64,000 nucleotides of DNA from Pseudomonadota bacterium (GTDB lineage: Bacteria; Pseudomonadota; Gammaproteobacteria; JAKAQQ01): positions 93,362 through 157,361 of the forward strand of contig DAHXNI010000024.1 of the NCBI GenBank assembly GCA_027365475.1. Direction: 5' to 3'. Made by a program: the position numbers and the translations under genes. Positions 20,066 to 29,987 of the stretch are shown here, in pieces. Every line of letters begins with the position of its first letter. Position 1 is the stretch's first letter. Below the pieces are notes generated by a model. It was given only the letters and a program-made list of their open reading frames with translations, was not told the origin of the DNA and did no database searches.

Positions 20066-21104
20066 TCCATCTGACCCCTTCAGAGACGCCCTCGCCTACA
20101 AACCAAGCCTTCGTACTCCGGTTTGGCTCATGCGACAAGCTGGCAGATATCTGCCGGAGTATCGTGCAATTCGCGCACAAGCCGGCGATTTCCTCACTCT
20201 TCTCAAAACGCCCAAACTCGCTGTTGAGGTCACGCTTCAACCCATTCGGCGTTTTGATCTAGATGCTGCAATTCTTTTTTCCGATATCCTGACCATTCCC
20301 GATGCGATGGGACTCGAACTCTGCTTCGAGCCCGGCGAAGGGCCCTATTTCAAGCACCCGATCAAGAACCCGCGCAATATCGAGCAACTCGCAGCCTGTG
20401 CTCCCGTCGAACATCTGGAGTATGTCTGGTCCACCATCCATGGCGTCAAATCCGAAATCATGGGTCATAAACCCCTGATTGGATTCTCAGCCAGCCCCTG
20501 GACACTCGCTTGTTACATGATCGGAGAAGGACCGCGGCGTGATTTTGAGGATGCTCTCTGCTGGCTTTACCAGTATCCAACCGAGTTATCCCAGCTTCTT
20601 TCCATCCTTGCGCAGCATATTGGAGATTACCTGATACACCAGATTGATTCTGGCGTGGATGTTGCCATGCTTTTCGACAGCTGGGGAGGAATTCTTCCTT
20701 CTACACACTACGGTGCTTGTGCAATTGAGCCAGTCCGGCAGGTTTTAAATCGCGTTCAGGCGGTACACCCGGATATCCCCACAATTCTCTTTGCACGCGG
20801 GATTGGTTCTCGAATGGAGATGGTCCGGAATCTACCGATTCGCTGTTTAGCTCTGGACAGCACAGTGGACCTGAGTCTAACCCGTCAACTGCTGGGGAAT
20901 AGCTTGGCGCTACAGGGCAACCTCGATCCCCATGTCTTATATGGAACGCATGAAGAAATATCCAAGCAAGTCCATACCTTGATCCAAAGTATGGATGACC
21001 TGACCGGATTTATTTTCAATTTGGGCCATGGCATCCGTCCGGACGTCGATTTCAAAAACGTTGGATTTCTCATCGATTGTGTTCATCAGGAAACTCGCTC
21101 CTGA
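20058..21104 (+). CDS. hemE: uroporphyrinogen decarboxylase
   Basis: [29 protein letters not shown] matches HemE ([23 protein letters not shown]). The ORF-track start at 19959 sits 100 nt inside pyrF. A GTG at 20058 overlapping the pyrF TAG fits the homology boundary. Confidence 0.85.
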   Translation: [348 protein letters not shown]

Positions 21105-21308
21105 TCAGAAAACGATCGCTGCCCATTCCAGCACACGGAGCACCCAGGGAACTCTCGCTTCAGCTCCCCAGGCAAAAAAAACAGTCGCCGCAAATAGAAT
21201 GGTCAGCAGAATCCATGTTGACCGGGTTCCATGCTCAGACATTACCCCGACTTCACCAGGTTCCGAGAGCCCTGATGAGCCATTGTTCCGACCCTTGGCA
21301 CGACCCAT
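21105..21308 (-). CDS. possible small membrane protein (67 aa) downstream of aroE
   Basis: Exactly fills the hemE/aroE convergent gap. GAGGTG lies 6 nt upstream of its ATG. It has a positive N-terminus followed by one hydrophobic helix (WILLTILFAATVFFAW). No homology is recognised. Confidence 0.3.
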   Translation of the reverse strand: MGRAKGRNNGSSGLSEPGEVGVMSEHGTRSTWILLTILFAATVFFAWGAEARVPWVLRVLEWAAIVF

Positions 21309-21317
21309 ATCATCACC

Positions 21318-22157
21318 TCAAAGTGGGTACCTGCTCCTGAACATGGAGTAAACAGGATCTGTCTCACACGGCCAGCCCGTCCAAAGCGTAAAGGCCTCGC
21401 TTGCCTGCTCAATCAACATACCCAGCCCATCAGTGACATGTGAGGCTCCTTGTCTGGCCGCCCAGGTCAAGAATGATCTGGCAGTGGGGCCGTATGAAAT
21501 GTCATACACCCATGGATGACGAGCAAAAACCTGAGTATCTACATCTGGACGCATACCCATCAGTCCTGCCGAAGTTGCATTGATGATCAGATGGAAAGTC
21601 TGGTCAGTCGGCAGTGACCTGAGGTCATAAACCGGCACAGAGTGGCTCCCATAATGCTTTTGCATGCTTTCAACTAACCGCTTTCCTCGTTCGTAATGTC
21701 TCACTCCCAACGTAACATCCAGTGATTCGGCAAGCAGTCGACCGATAATCCCCCGTGCAGCACCTCCGCTCCCGATAACCAGAATCGAGGGATCCCTCTT
21801 TTGGAAACGGTGCCGGACAAACAAATCACGCCAAAATCCCGATCCATCCGTATTGTCCCCCTGCCACCCGTCTGGCGTTGCCGTAAGTACATTCACCGCA
21901 CCGCAGGCCCGTGCTCGTGGACTGATCGAATCACAGAACTCGAGCGACATCTCCTTAAGGGGAATGGTCAGGTTGACACCTCGTATGTTTTGCCCCCGCA
22001 TGATTGCAAGGCGCTCCCTGAGTTCATTCAAATGAGTTTCAACCGGTTCATAGTCAATAGAAATGCCCCGTTGCTCGGCAAAACAGCGGTGAACTCCTGG
22101 TGACAAGCTTTGACTGAGCGGAGCACCAAGCAACCTGCAACGAACTGTCCCCGCCAT
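21318..22157 (-). CDS. aroE: shikimate dehydrogenase
   Basis: Aligns with E. coli AroE (NLTIPLKE, GDNTDGSGF, LVIGSGGAARG, LIINATSAG). The track ORF has 37 extra N-terminal residues, so I trimmed to the internal Met. Confidence 0.85.
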   Translation of the reverse strand: MAGTVRCRLLGAPLSQSLSPGVHRCFAEQRGISIDYEPVETHLNELRERLAIMRGQNIRGVNLTIPLKEMSLEFCDSISPRARACGAVNVLTATPDGWQGDNTDGSGFWRDLFVRHRFQKRDPSILVIGSGGAARGIIGRLLAESLDVTLGVRHYERGKRLVESMQKHYGSHSVPVYDLRSLPTDQTFHLIINATSAGLMGMRPDVDTQVFARHPWVYDISYGPTARSFLTWAARQGASHVTDGLGMLIEQASEAFTLWTGWPCETDPVYSMFRSRYPL

Positions 22158-22195
22158 GGGTACGGGTTCTGTCCGGCTCACATGCTCATCAACTG

Positions 22196-23230
22196 TTACC
22201 TGAGCCACTGGGCCACTCGTGGCGCGAAATATGTCAAAATCGCGTCTGCACCCGCCCGCTTGATGCAAAGCAAAGATTCTTCTATCGATTCTCGCTCTGG
22301 AACCCAGCCTCTTTCGATGGCAGCCTGAAGAACCGCGTACTCCCCACTCACCTGATAGGCGAACGTCGGGACATGAAACCGAGACTTGACCGCGAAGATC
22401 ACGTCCAAATAAGGCAACGCAGGCTTCACCATGACGTAGTCGGCACCTTCCGCGATATCCAATGACACTTCCCGGATCGCCTCGTCACGATTGGCTGGAT
22501 CCATCTGGTAAGTTGTTTTTTCAGAAGTTCCGAGCGCACGAGCCGAACCGATCGCTTCCCGGAACGGTCCATAAAACGACGAAGCATACTTCGCTGCATA
22601 GGCAAGAATCTGGGTTTCGGGATGACACGCCTGCTCCAAAGCCGCTCGGATCGCGCCGATCCGTCCATCCATCATATCGGATGGCGCAACCACATCTACT
22701 CCTGTATCTGCGAGACACAGGGACTGGCGAATCAGAAGTGCAACGGTTTCATCATTGAGAACTCTCCCCCTCTCATCCACGACTCCGTCGTGCCCATGAA
22801 TCGTATAGGGATCCAGAGCGACATCCGCAATAATCCCCAACTCCGGGAAATGTTTTTTAAGTTCGCGCACTGCTCTCGGTATTAGCCCCTTGGGATTCCA
22901 CGCTTCGCTGCCATCCGGCGTCTTGAGCCCAGGTTCAACCACCGGAAATAACGCAATTGCCCCGATTCCTGCCTCCATCCAGATTCCGACCTCACGCAAC
23001 AAGAAATCAATACTCAACCGCTCAACACCCGGCATGCTAGCAATAGGACTACGCCGTCCGTTCCCTTCCGTGACGAAGACGGGGCAGACGAGATCATCGG
23101 CCCCAAGGCGGTTTTCACACACAAGTGCACGCGAAAACGCATGGCTTCGAATGCGGCGCATCCGGGTTCTGGGATAACCTGCTCTATCGGGCAGGCTGCA
23201 GGATTGGTCTCGGGGTGGTTGAACTTTCAT
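22196..23230 (-). CDS. hemB: porphobilinogen synthase (delta-aminolevulinic acid dehydratase)
   Basis: Aligns with E. coli HemB (PFREA, YQVSGEYA, GADAILTYFA). The N-terminus may be about 13 aa shorter than drawn. Confidence 0.9.
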   Translation of the reverse strand: MKVQPPRDQSCSLPDRAGYPRTRMRRIRSHAFSRALVCENRLGADDLVCPVFVTEGNGRRSPIASMPGVERLSIDFLLREVGIWMEAGIGAIALFPVVEPGLKTPDGSEAWNPKGLIPRAVRELKKHFPELGIIADVALDPYTIHGHDGVVDERGRVLNDETVALLIRQSLCLADTGVDVVAPSDMMDGRIGAIRAALEQACHPETQILAYAAKYASSFYGPFREAIGSARALGTSEKTTYQMDPANRDEAIREVSLDIAEGADYVMVKPALPYLDVIFAVKSRFHVPTFAYQVSGEYAVLQAAIERGWVPERESIEESLLCIKRAGADAILTYFAPRVAQWLR

Positions 23231-23397
23231 GTCCGTCCGAAGACGACTTAAGCTATGTATTTTAGCCTTATTTCTGCTGACCCGATGCGAACAGGCAACC
23301 CGACGTAATTACGACACATCTGACACATATCCAGTCAGGATCACGAACAATAGACTGGCGCGCGCAGGGTACAATCAAGATTTTTGAGGATTCGGTC

Positions 23398-24036
23398 ATG
23401 GCAAACACAGGACCCGATCGTTGCCCCTGGCCTGGGATTGAGGACCCGCTCTATACGGCTTATCACGACCATGAATGGGGCGTGCCGGCCCTTGACGATC
23501 AGCGACTTTTTGAAATGCTGGTTCTGGAAACACAACAGGCGGGATTATCATGGCTCACGATACTGAAGCGTCGAGAAAGGTATCGCCTGGCTTTGCGCGG
23601 ATTTGACCCCTGCTATACAGCGACCCTCCAGCCACATGAGGTCGCATCGCTGGCTCAAAACCATAGCCTGTTGCGCCATAGTGGGAAACTGCTCTCGCTG
23701 AGTTCCAATGCGCAAGCGTTTTTAAGAATCGCAGCCCGATATGGCAGTTTTGGATACTTCCTTTGGAGTCAATTTGATTTCACTCCAAAAACACACTCTT
23801 GGAACACGCTTGAGACCATCCCGGCTCAGACCGCAGAATCGGTCGCACTCACCGACATCCTCAAAAAGGCTGGATTCAGTTTTGTCGGACCGGTCATGAT
23901 CTACGCCTATCTCCAAGCGGTCGGAGTTTATAACGATCACTTAGTCTCCTGTTTCCGATATAAATCTTTAAGCGCTGGATCAAGCCAGTCTCTTGCCTTC
24001 AGAAAAAAGGTCCCAAGTTCCCGTTCGGGAACATAA
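23398..24036 (+). CDS. tag: DNA-3-methyladenine glycosylase I
   Basis: DPLYTAYHDHEWGVP...LFEMLVLETQQAGLSWLTILKRRE matches E. coli Tag. The C-terminus runs about 20 aa past the homology end and overlaps the hemF 3' end. Confidence 0.85.
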   Translation: MANTGPDRCPWPGIEDPLYTAYHDHEWGVPALDDQRLFEMLVLETQQAGLSWLTILKRRERYRLALRGFDPCYTATLQPHEVASLAQNHSLLRHSGKLLSLSSNAQAFLRIAARYGSFGYFLWSQFDFTPKTHSWNTLETIPAQTAESVALTDILKKAGFSFVGPVMIYAYLQAVGVYNDHLVSCFRYKSLSAGSSQSLAFRKKVPSSRSGT

Positions 24037-24887
24037 TCCCGATAGCGATCGAGATTGCCCCAGCCAGTCATAGGCGGCAATGACATGAAAATCGAGTCTA
24101 CCCGACCGAGAGACTGAAGTCCAAATAGAGTGCCGCGATCATAAAGAAGGTTGAACTCGACATAACGCCCGCGGCGAAGCAATTGGAACTCTCGTTGTCG
24201 CTTTTCCCAAACATGACTACGGCGTTTTTCGACAATTGGGATATACCCCTCAAGAAACGCATGAACAACATTCGTGACAAAATCGAGCGTCGTTGAAAAA
24301 TCCTCAAGTACCAGGTCATCGAAAAAGATCCCACCGATGCCTCTCTGCTCCTGACGGTGCCTGAGATAAAAATAACGGTCGCACCACTCTTTGAGCCGAG
24401 GGTAAAGATCCTTACCATATGTGCGACAGGCAGCTTCAGCACAAGCGTGCCAATGAACGCAGTCTTCCAAGAATGGATAGTAAGGCGTTAAATCGAATCC
24501 TCCACCAAACCAAAAGCTCGGCAGTATGCCCTTGTGATCGGGAACTCCGATAAACCTGATGTTGGCATGAGTCGCCGGGACATATGGATTGAGGGGATGC
24601 GCGACGACGGATACTCCGATGGCTTCAAACGGTTGACCCTGGAGTTGAGGTCGGGTTTCAACTGCTGCCGTTGGTAATGTTGTACCTCGCACATGCGAGA
24701 AATTGACTCCAGCTTTCTCAAAACACTGTCCATCGAGTAAAAGCCGTGAAAGCCCACCTCCACCTCCGGTATGTTCCCATGCTGTTGACTGAAACCGTTC
24801 ATCCGGTTCATATGCCTCAAGTGCCTGGACGACCTCCACTGCCAGTTTTTCGAAAACACGGTGCACGGTTTCTGAATTGCTCGTCAT
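23937..24887 (-). CDS. hemF: oxygen-dependent coproporphyrinogen III oxidase
   Basis: Near full-length match to E. coli HemF (GGGGLSRLL, GVNFSHV, WFGGGFDLTPYYPF, RGRYVEFNLLYDRGTLFGLQ). Confidence 0.9.
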   Translation of the reverse strand: MTSNSETVHRVFEKLAVEVVQALEAYEPDERFQSTAWEHTGGGGGLSRLLLDGQCFEKAGVNFSHVRGTTLPTAAVETRPQLQGQPFEAIGVSVVAHPLNPYVPATHANIRFIGVPDHKGILPSFWFGGGFDLTPYYPFLEDCVHWHACAEAACRTYGKDLYPRLKEWCDRYFYLRHRQEQRGIGGIFFDDLVLEDFSTTLDFVTNVVHAFLEGYIPIVEKRRSHVWEKRQREFQLLRRGRYVEFNLLYDRGTLFGLQSLGRVDSIFMSLPPMTGWGNLDRYRDYVPERELGTFFLKARDWLDPALKDLYRKQETK

Positions 24888-25489
24888 GATGAGATGTCCA
24901 GCTGTGAACGAATCACACGACCCGTATATGCGTCACGAATTTCGGTTGCCCCCGAAAGAGAACCTACCGGTCCATCAAGAATTCCGTCAACTTGTGAGCC
25001 TAGCGTGGATTCCACAGCTTCCGCCGTACGGGCAGGCTCCTGACCACTGCGATTGGCACTGGTCGACACCAAAGGGTACCCCACTTCACGACACAGCGCT
25101 GCAGCCAATGGATGATCCGTAACTCGAACAGCCAGAGATAGGTGTGCACCGCGCAACCAGACCGGTACGCCTCGCCGTGCAGGGAGAAGCCACGTGACGG
25201 GTCCGGGCCAGCAGTCCAATACGCGGTTCTGTAGGCCTAGCTCCATAGGTTCAACCCAGGGCTGCAGCTGCGCAAAATCCGCTGCGATCAGAATAAGGCC
25301 TTTCTCAACTGGACGTTCCTTGATATGCAAAATACGCAGCACGGCATGCTTGTTGGTTGGGTCGCACCCCAGCCCATATACACCTTCGGTCGGATAGGCA
25401 ACCACCCCTCCCCGGTGAATGGTACGTGCGATCTCATCCAGCTGTGTCGATCGTTTCGATGGCTGTTCCACTCCGCCGCCTTTGATCAA
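24884..25489 (-). CDS. tsaC: L-threonylcarbamoyladenylate synthase (YrdC/TsaC family)
   Basis: About 200 aa YrdC-like fold (AYPTEGVYGLGCDP, VSTSANRSG). Same position as yrdC next to hemF and aroE in Pseudomonas. Confidence 0.8.
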   Translation of the reverse strand: MIKGGGVEQPSKRSTQLDEIARTIHRGGVVAYPTEGVYGLGCDPTNKHAVLRILHIKERPVEKGLILIAADFAQLQPWVEPMELGLQNRVLDCWPGPVTWLLPARRGVPVWLRGAHLSLAVRVTDHPLAAALCREVGYPLVSTSANRSGQEPARTAEAVESTLGSQVDGILDGPVGSLSGATEIRDAYTGRVIRSQLDISS

Positions 25490-25501
25490 CTGCCGCTGCG
25501 G

Positions 25502-27928
25502 TCAGGGCGCAGACGAGCGCTTAGCCTTTGACGGCGACCGTGTTTTAGGTTTGTCCGCGCTTTTCTTGGCACCCGATCCACGCCGTCCGAAACGAGCGGC
25601 GCGACGCAATGGCGCTTGATCCAAAAGCGTCTGACAGATTTGCAATGTGAGTTGAGTTGGTTCCTGATCCTTGGGCACCTTCACATTTTTATGTCCATCC
25701 GTAATATACGGCCCATAGCGACCGTTCAAGATTTCGATACCCCCTTCGAAATGCTGAATCATGCGTTGTGCGAGTCGCTGTTTTTCCTGTACCACCAGCT
25801 CCAGCGCCTGATCAAGCGTCAGAGTCATCGGATCTTGGTCCTTGAGCGAGCAGTATCGGCTTCCATAGCGGAGGTATGGACCGAATCGCCCAATTCCGAC
25901 ACTGAGAGGTTCTCCTTCGGGCGTATCACCCAGCGTTCTGGGCAACTCAAACAGTTTGAGGGCCTCTTCAAGTGCGATGGTCTCTAAACGTTGTCCGGGT
26001 CTGAGGCCGGCAAATTTGGGCTTTTCGGAATCCTCTCGCTGGCCGATCTGGACGAATGGACCGAAACGACCCAAACGCACTGTGACCGGTCTGGAGCTAG
26101 TTGGATCAATCCCCAATTCGCGCGCTTTCACGGCTTGCGCTCGACTGACGTTGGAAGCAATGTCCGCAACGTTTTTCGAAAACGGGTTCCAGAATTCGGA
26201 CAACAACTCCTTCCATTCTTTTTCACCCCGGGATATTTCATCCAGCTCATCTTCCATATGTGCTGTAAACCCATAGTCTACATACCGGGAAAAATGCTCC
26301 GTCAGAAAGCGATTGACCACACGTCCCACGTCGGTTGGAACAAAACGCCGATTGAGAAGTTCGGTATACCCACGTTGACCGAGTGTCTCAATGATCGTCG
26401 CATAGGTGGATGGCCGTCCGATACCATACTCTTCCAGAGTTTTGACGAGAGTCGCTTCACTGTAGCGCGGAGGGGGCTCCGTAAAGTGCTGGATTGATCG
26501 CAGCTCGGACAGTGTCAGCGTTTCTCCAGGTGCCAAGTCGGGCAGAGTACTCCCTTCCTCGGTACCCGCGTCATCATTTGACTCCTGATAGACTTGCATG
26601 AATCCTGGAAATTTGATCGTCGAGCCCGTTGCACGCAACCGACCGAGGTCACCGAGCCCCATCTCAACCTGAACCCCTTCCAAAATAGCAGGCAGCATTT
26701 GAGACGCAACTGTTCGACGCCAAATCAGTTCGTAAACACGGAACTGGTCCCGGTTCAGATGCGCTTTGACGCGCTCGGGTGTTCTCTGGGCAGAGGTCGG
26801 CCGGATGGCCTCATGTGCTTCTTGGGCGTTTTTAGTCTGAGTTTTGTATGTGCGGGGATGTTCCGGAAGGAAGTCGGAAGAGAATCGTTCGCGAATCAGA
26901 TCCCGGATATCCATCAATGCTTCATGGGAAAGCTGCACCGAATCAGTTCTCATGTAGGTGATCAAGCCAACTGCTCCTTCACCCATATCGATCCCTTCAT
27001 AAAGCTGTTGAGCGGTCTGCATGGTCTTGCGTGCGGACAATCCGTATCGGCGTGACATTTCCTGCTGCAGTGTCGATGTGGTGAATGGTGCAGCAGGTTG
27101 CCGCCGCCTCTCTTTCGCTTCCCGCTCCAATACAACGACGTGTCCTGCTGCGGCCGCCCAGAGTGCATTTCGCACTCGCTCGGTTTCTTCAGCATTGGGT
27201 AAGTCGAACTGCCCTAGCTTCTTGCCTTCGAATTGAACCAGACGGGCAACAAACGGCTGCCCTTCTTTCTCAAGTGGCGCTTCCAGCGACCAATATTCCC
27301 GTGGCACAAAGCGCTCGATTTCCTCTTCCCGCTCGACAATCAGACGCAATGCAGGACTCTGCACACGCCCAGCTGATAGACCTCGTCTGATCTTGCGCCA
27401 AAGAAGGGGGGATAAGTTGAACCCGTAGAGGTAATCAAGAGCCCGTCGCGCCTTTTGCGCATTCACCAGTTCCAGAAGGAGCGGACGCGGATGGGCCAGT
27501 GCATCTTGGATGGCGGATTCAGTAATCTCGTGGAACACGACACGTGCCACGGGAATTTCCGGCATGCGCAGGGTTTCAGTTAGAAGCTCACAAAGATGCC
27601 AGGCAATCGCCTCTCCTTCGCGATCGGGGTCCGTCGCGAGCCATAGATGATCCGCTTTTTTAATCGCTCGAGCAATTGCGTCAACGTGCTTGTCATTGCG
27701 TGCAATCGCTGCATAGGAAAGAGCAAACCCCTGATCAGGATTTACGGCACCCGTTCGGGGAATCAGATCCCGAACATGACCATATGAGGCCATAACCTCA
27801 TAATCCGGCCCAAGATATTTTTGAATGGTTCTTGCTTTAGTGGGTGATTCCACCACCACCAAGTTATGAGCAGCGCGACCCTTCCCTTTCGGTTTCAGGC
27901 CTTCCGATGCGGTACGTTTCGTTTTCAA
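25502..27928 (-). CDS. topA: DNA topoisomerase I
   Basis: TOPRIM (LVVVESPTKARTIQKYLG), the active-site Tyr context (GLITYMRTDS), and C-terminal Zn-ribbon/Lys-rich repeats. 808 aa. Confidence 0.95.
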   Translation of the reverse strand: MKTKRTASEGLKPKGKGRAAHNLVVVESPTKARTIQKYLGPDYEVMASYGHVRDLIPRTGAVNPDQGFALSYAAIARNDKHVDAIARAIKKADHLWLATDPDREGEAIAWHLCELLTETLRMPEIPVARVVFHEITESAIQDALAHPRPLLLELVNAQKARRALDYLYGFNLSPLLWRKIRRGLSAGRVQSPALRLIVEREEEIERFVPREYWSLEAPLEKEGQPFVARLVQFEGKKLGQFDLPNAEETERVRNALWAAAAGHVVVLEREAKERRRQPAAPFTTSTLQQEMSRRYGLSARKTMQTAQQLYEGIDMGEGAVGLITYMRTDSVQLSHEALMDIRDLIRERFSSDFLPEHPRTYKTQTKNAQEAHEAIRPTSAQRTPERVKAHLNRDQFRVYELIWRRTVASQMLPAILEGVQVEMGLGDLGRLRATGSTIKFPGFMQVYQESNDDAGTEEGSTLPDLAPGETLTLSELRSIQHFTEPPPRYSEATLVKTLEEYGIGRPSTYATIIETLGQRGYTELLNRRFVPTDVGRVVNRFLTEHFSRYVDYGFTAHMEDELDEISRGEKEWKELLSEFWNPFSKNVADIASNVSRAQAVKARELGIDPTSSRPVTVRLGRFGPFVQIGQREDSEKPKFAGLRPGQRLETIALEEALKLFELPRTLGDTPEGEPLSVGIGRFGPYLRYGSRYCSLKDQDPMTLTLDQALELVVQEKQRLAQRMIQHFEGGIEILNGRYGPYITDGHKNVKVPKDQEPTQLTLQICQTLLDQAPLRRAARFGRRGSGAKKSADKPKTRSPSKAKRSSAP

Positions 27929-28428
27929 TGTAGAACTACCGATGGATCCCGGAATAAAATATCCTCAGCTAGGCTGCAGGCAGTTGACGATCCATATCGC
28001 CCGCGCAGAACAAACAAAATCACCCACTTGAGATCATTGGCATCAACAGGAATAGAGCCCAACGCGCATGCTCTTTCAATCACGATTTCGCGTTGCAGTG
28101 GATTAATGATGCACGCTGCTTCAAGCATGTGAAGCAATCCTCGGCAAGAGATGTTAATACAAGCCATCTCCTCTAATGTATAGATCCGCTGCGACGCAGG
28201 ACCCATTCCATGGGCAGGTTCACTCGGTTCGAAAAACGCATCGGTTGCCATCTCATCAAGATCTCCAAGCCATTGGATAGCGTCCTGTGCGACCTGTTCG
28301 CTAAATCCAGCCGCTTTGAGTCCGGTCACCATGCAGGATGGATCCAGATTCTCCTCGACTTCTCCGTCCAGTTCTGCAAAATGCGTTTCGTACAGAAAAG
28401 CCAGTACGTCAAGAACCCGGTCATTCAT
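27925..28428 (-). CDS. smg: Smg protein (DUF494)
   Basis: Aligns with E. coli Smg (VLDVLAFLYETHF..., DLKWVILFVL). Confidence 0.8.
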   Translation of the reverse strand: MNDRVLDVLAFLYETHFAELDGEVEENLDPSCMVTGLKAAGFSEQVAQDAIQWLGDLDEMATDAFFEPSEPAHGMGPASQRIYTLEEMACINISCRGLLHMLEAACIINPLQREIVIERACALGSIPVDANDLKWVILFVLRGRYGSSTACSLAEDILFRDPSVVLH

Positions 28429-28569
28429 CCGAACATGCCCCTTGGATGCCGCTCATATCCGGCACCTTCACCAGAGTGCATGCTACCCACTTGTGAGAGC
28501 CTTGAGCGGATGCACCTGCAAACCGGAACTCCGATCCTGAACGAGACAGGTGATCATCCATGCCCAGTT

Positions 28570-29907
28570 TCAATCCCATGGACGCGCAACCTTTATGAAT
28601 TTGACATTGCGTGGGTTGATCTGCGGTGATGCAACAGGGGCCAGTACATGGACCTGCCAGTGCTCGGTCATGACCAGGGCATAGCTGAACCGCGCATATG
28701 TCTTGAAAACCAACGCTGTTCCTACCTTGAGTGGCCGGATATGGACATCTCCAGACTCAGACCCAAACACCATCGGATCCTCCAACGATTCACCGGGCCG
28801 AAATATATCAAGCACGTTACCGGACTTCAACCCCGCAATGCGGCCACGATTGATGATCACAATCGCGTATTGTGAAATATCTGGTGAGTTGGGAATCACG
28901 GCAACAATCTGCCCCTGAATGATTTTTGAAGGCAGCGTCGGGTGTATATTGCGCCGAATACCGGCTTGTGAAATAGGGATGAGTCGGTCGCCTTGGTCGA
29001 TCTCGCGATGGGATTGAGTCAGTTCGAAAAGAGCCGGATTGCCGCTTCGAATCAATCGTGCGCGACCGATCTGTTCGATTTCATAGCCCAGCCGGTCACC
29101 CGTCGACGGATCCCGGATTGCACGGAAGACATGAATGACCGCGAAATGCCGGCGAGTTGTAGCGGATAGACCCCGCACATAAACCCGCTCGGGCGACGCA
29201 TCGTAAGGCATTCGACGCACGGATCGCAAAATATAAGGCAAATGTCGGTAGGAATTAGCGCCAATTGCCTCGGTGCGTTGAAAGAATGGGGCGATATCCG
29301 CATATGGAATCACTGCAATTGCACGCCCCAAAGGATGCATGATTATTTTGGGCCGGAGTGTCACAATCGGCAGAGCGGGCTGCACGTGTCTTTGCGCAAG
29401 CAGTGAGCGAAGCCGTCTCAGTGAAGTTGAGGCGACAATACTGCCCCCGCGTTCAATGGTCAACTCACGTCTCCCGTGTTCGTAGCCCAGAAGAATCACA
29501 TCACCCGGATAAATGAGATCTGGGTTCTGGATATTGGAGTTGAGATACCAAATGTCGGGCCAGCGCCACGGACTCCTGAGATATCGTGATGCAATGCCCC
29601 AAAGTGTGTCCCCTGCACGAACCACATAACGAACGGGCACATTTGCGCGAATGATGTTGCGCGCAGAAGGCGGCTTCGGTGGCGATGCCGAGGGTAATGG
29701 CACAACTGGCTTTGCCGATGCAACGGGATGATGCGTAGCAACCACAGGTGTGGCCCGGCTTACGGGCGGCGTGCAACCTGTCAGCACAACCAAGATCCAC
29801 GGAACGACGAGCAACCCTAGTATCGAAAGGCGCGCCGTAGCTGTATATCTCCGCCGACCGCGGTCTGCGTTACAATACGCTTCAGCTTGGTTTATTTGAG
29901 AAAACAT
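28570..29907 (-). CDS. tsaP: LysM-domain lipoprotein, TsaP-like (type IV pilus secretin-associated protein)
   Basis: Lipobox LTGC and a LysM domain (YVVRAGDTLWGIASRY...WPDIWYLN). It is divergent from def-fmt-rsmB, where PA0020/TsaP sits in Pseudomonas. I trimmed the start to the internal Met before the signal peptide; the track start at 30030 overlaps def. Confidence 0.6.
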   Translation of the reverse strand: MFSQINQAEAYCNADRGRRRYTATARLSILGLLVVPWILVVLTGCTPPVSRATPVVATHHPVASAKPVVPLPSASPPKPPSARNIIRANVPVRYVVRAGDTLWGIASRYLRSPWRWPDIWYLNSNIQNPDLIYPGDVILLGYEHGRRELTIERGGSIVASTSLRRLRSLLAQRHVQPALPIVTLRPKIIMHPLGRAIAVIPYADIAPFFQRTEAIGANSYRHLPYILRSVRRMPYDASPERVYVRGLSATTRRHFAVIHVFRAIRDPSTGDRLGYEIEQIGRARLIRSGNPALFELTQSHREIDQGDRLIPISQAGIRRNIHPTLPSKIIQGQIVAVIPNSPDISQYAIVIINRGRIAGLKSGNVLDIFRPGESLEDPMVFGSESGDVHIRPLKVGTALVFKTYARFSYALVMTEHWQVHVLAPVASPQINPRNVKFIKVARPWD

Positions 29908-29987
29908 CGGATTATCCTCAGTCTCTAGTCCAGCCCCAGCCCCCAATGCTATACAGGGGCAAGGCGAAGCGCAACGTCCATCATTAG

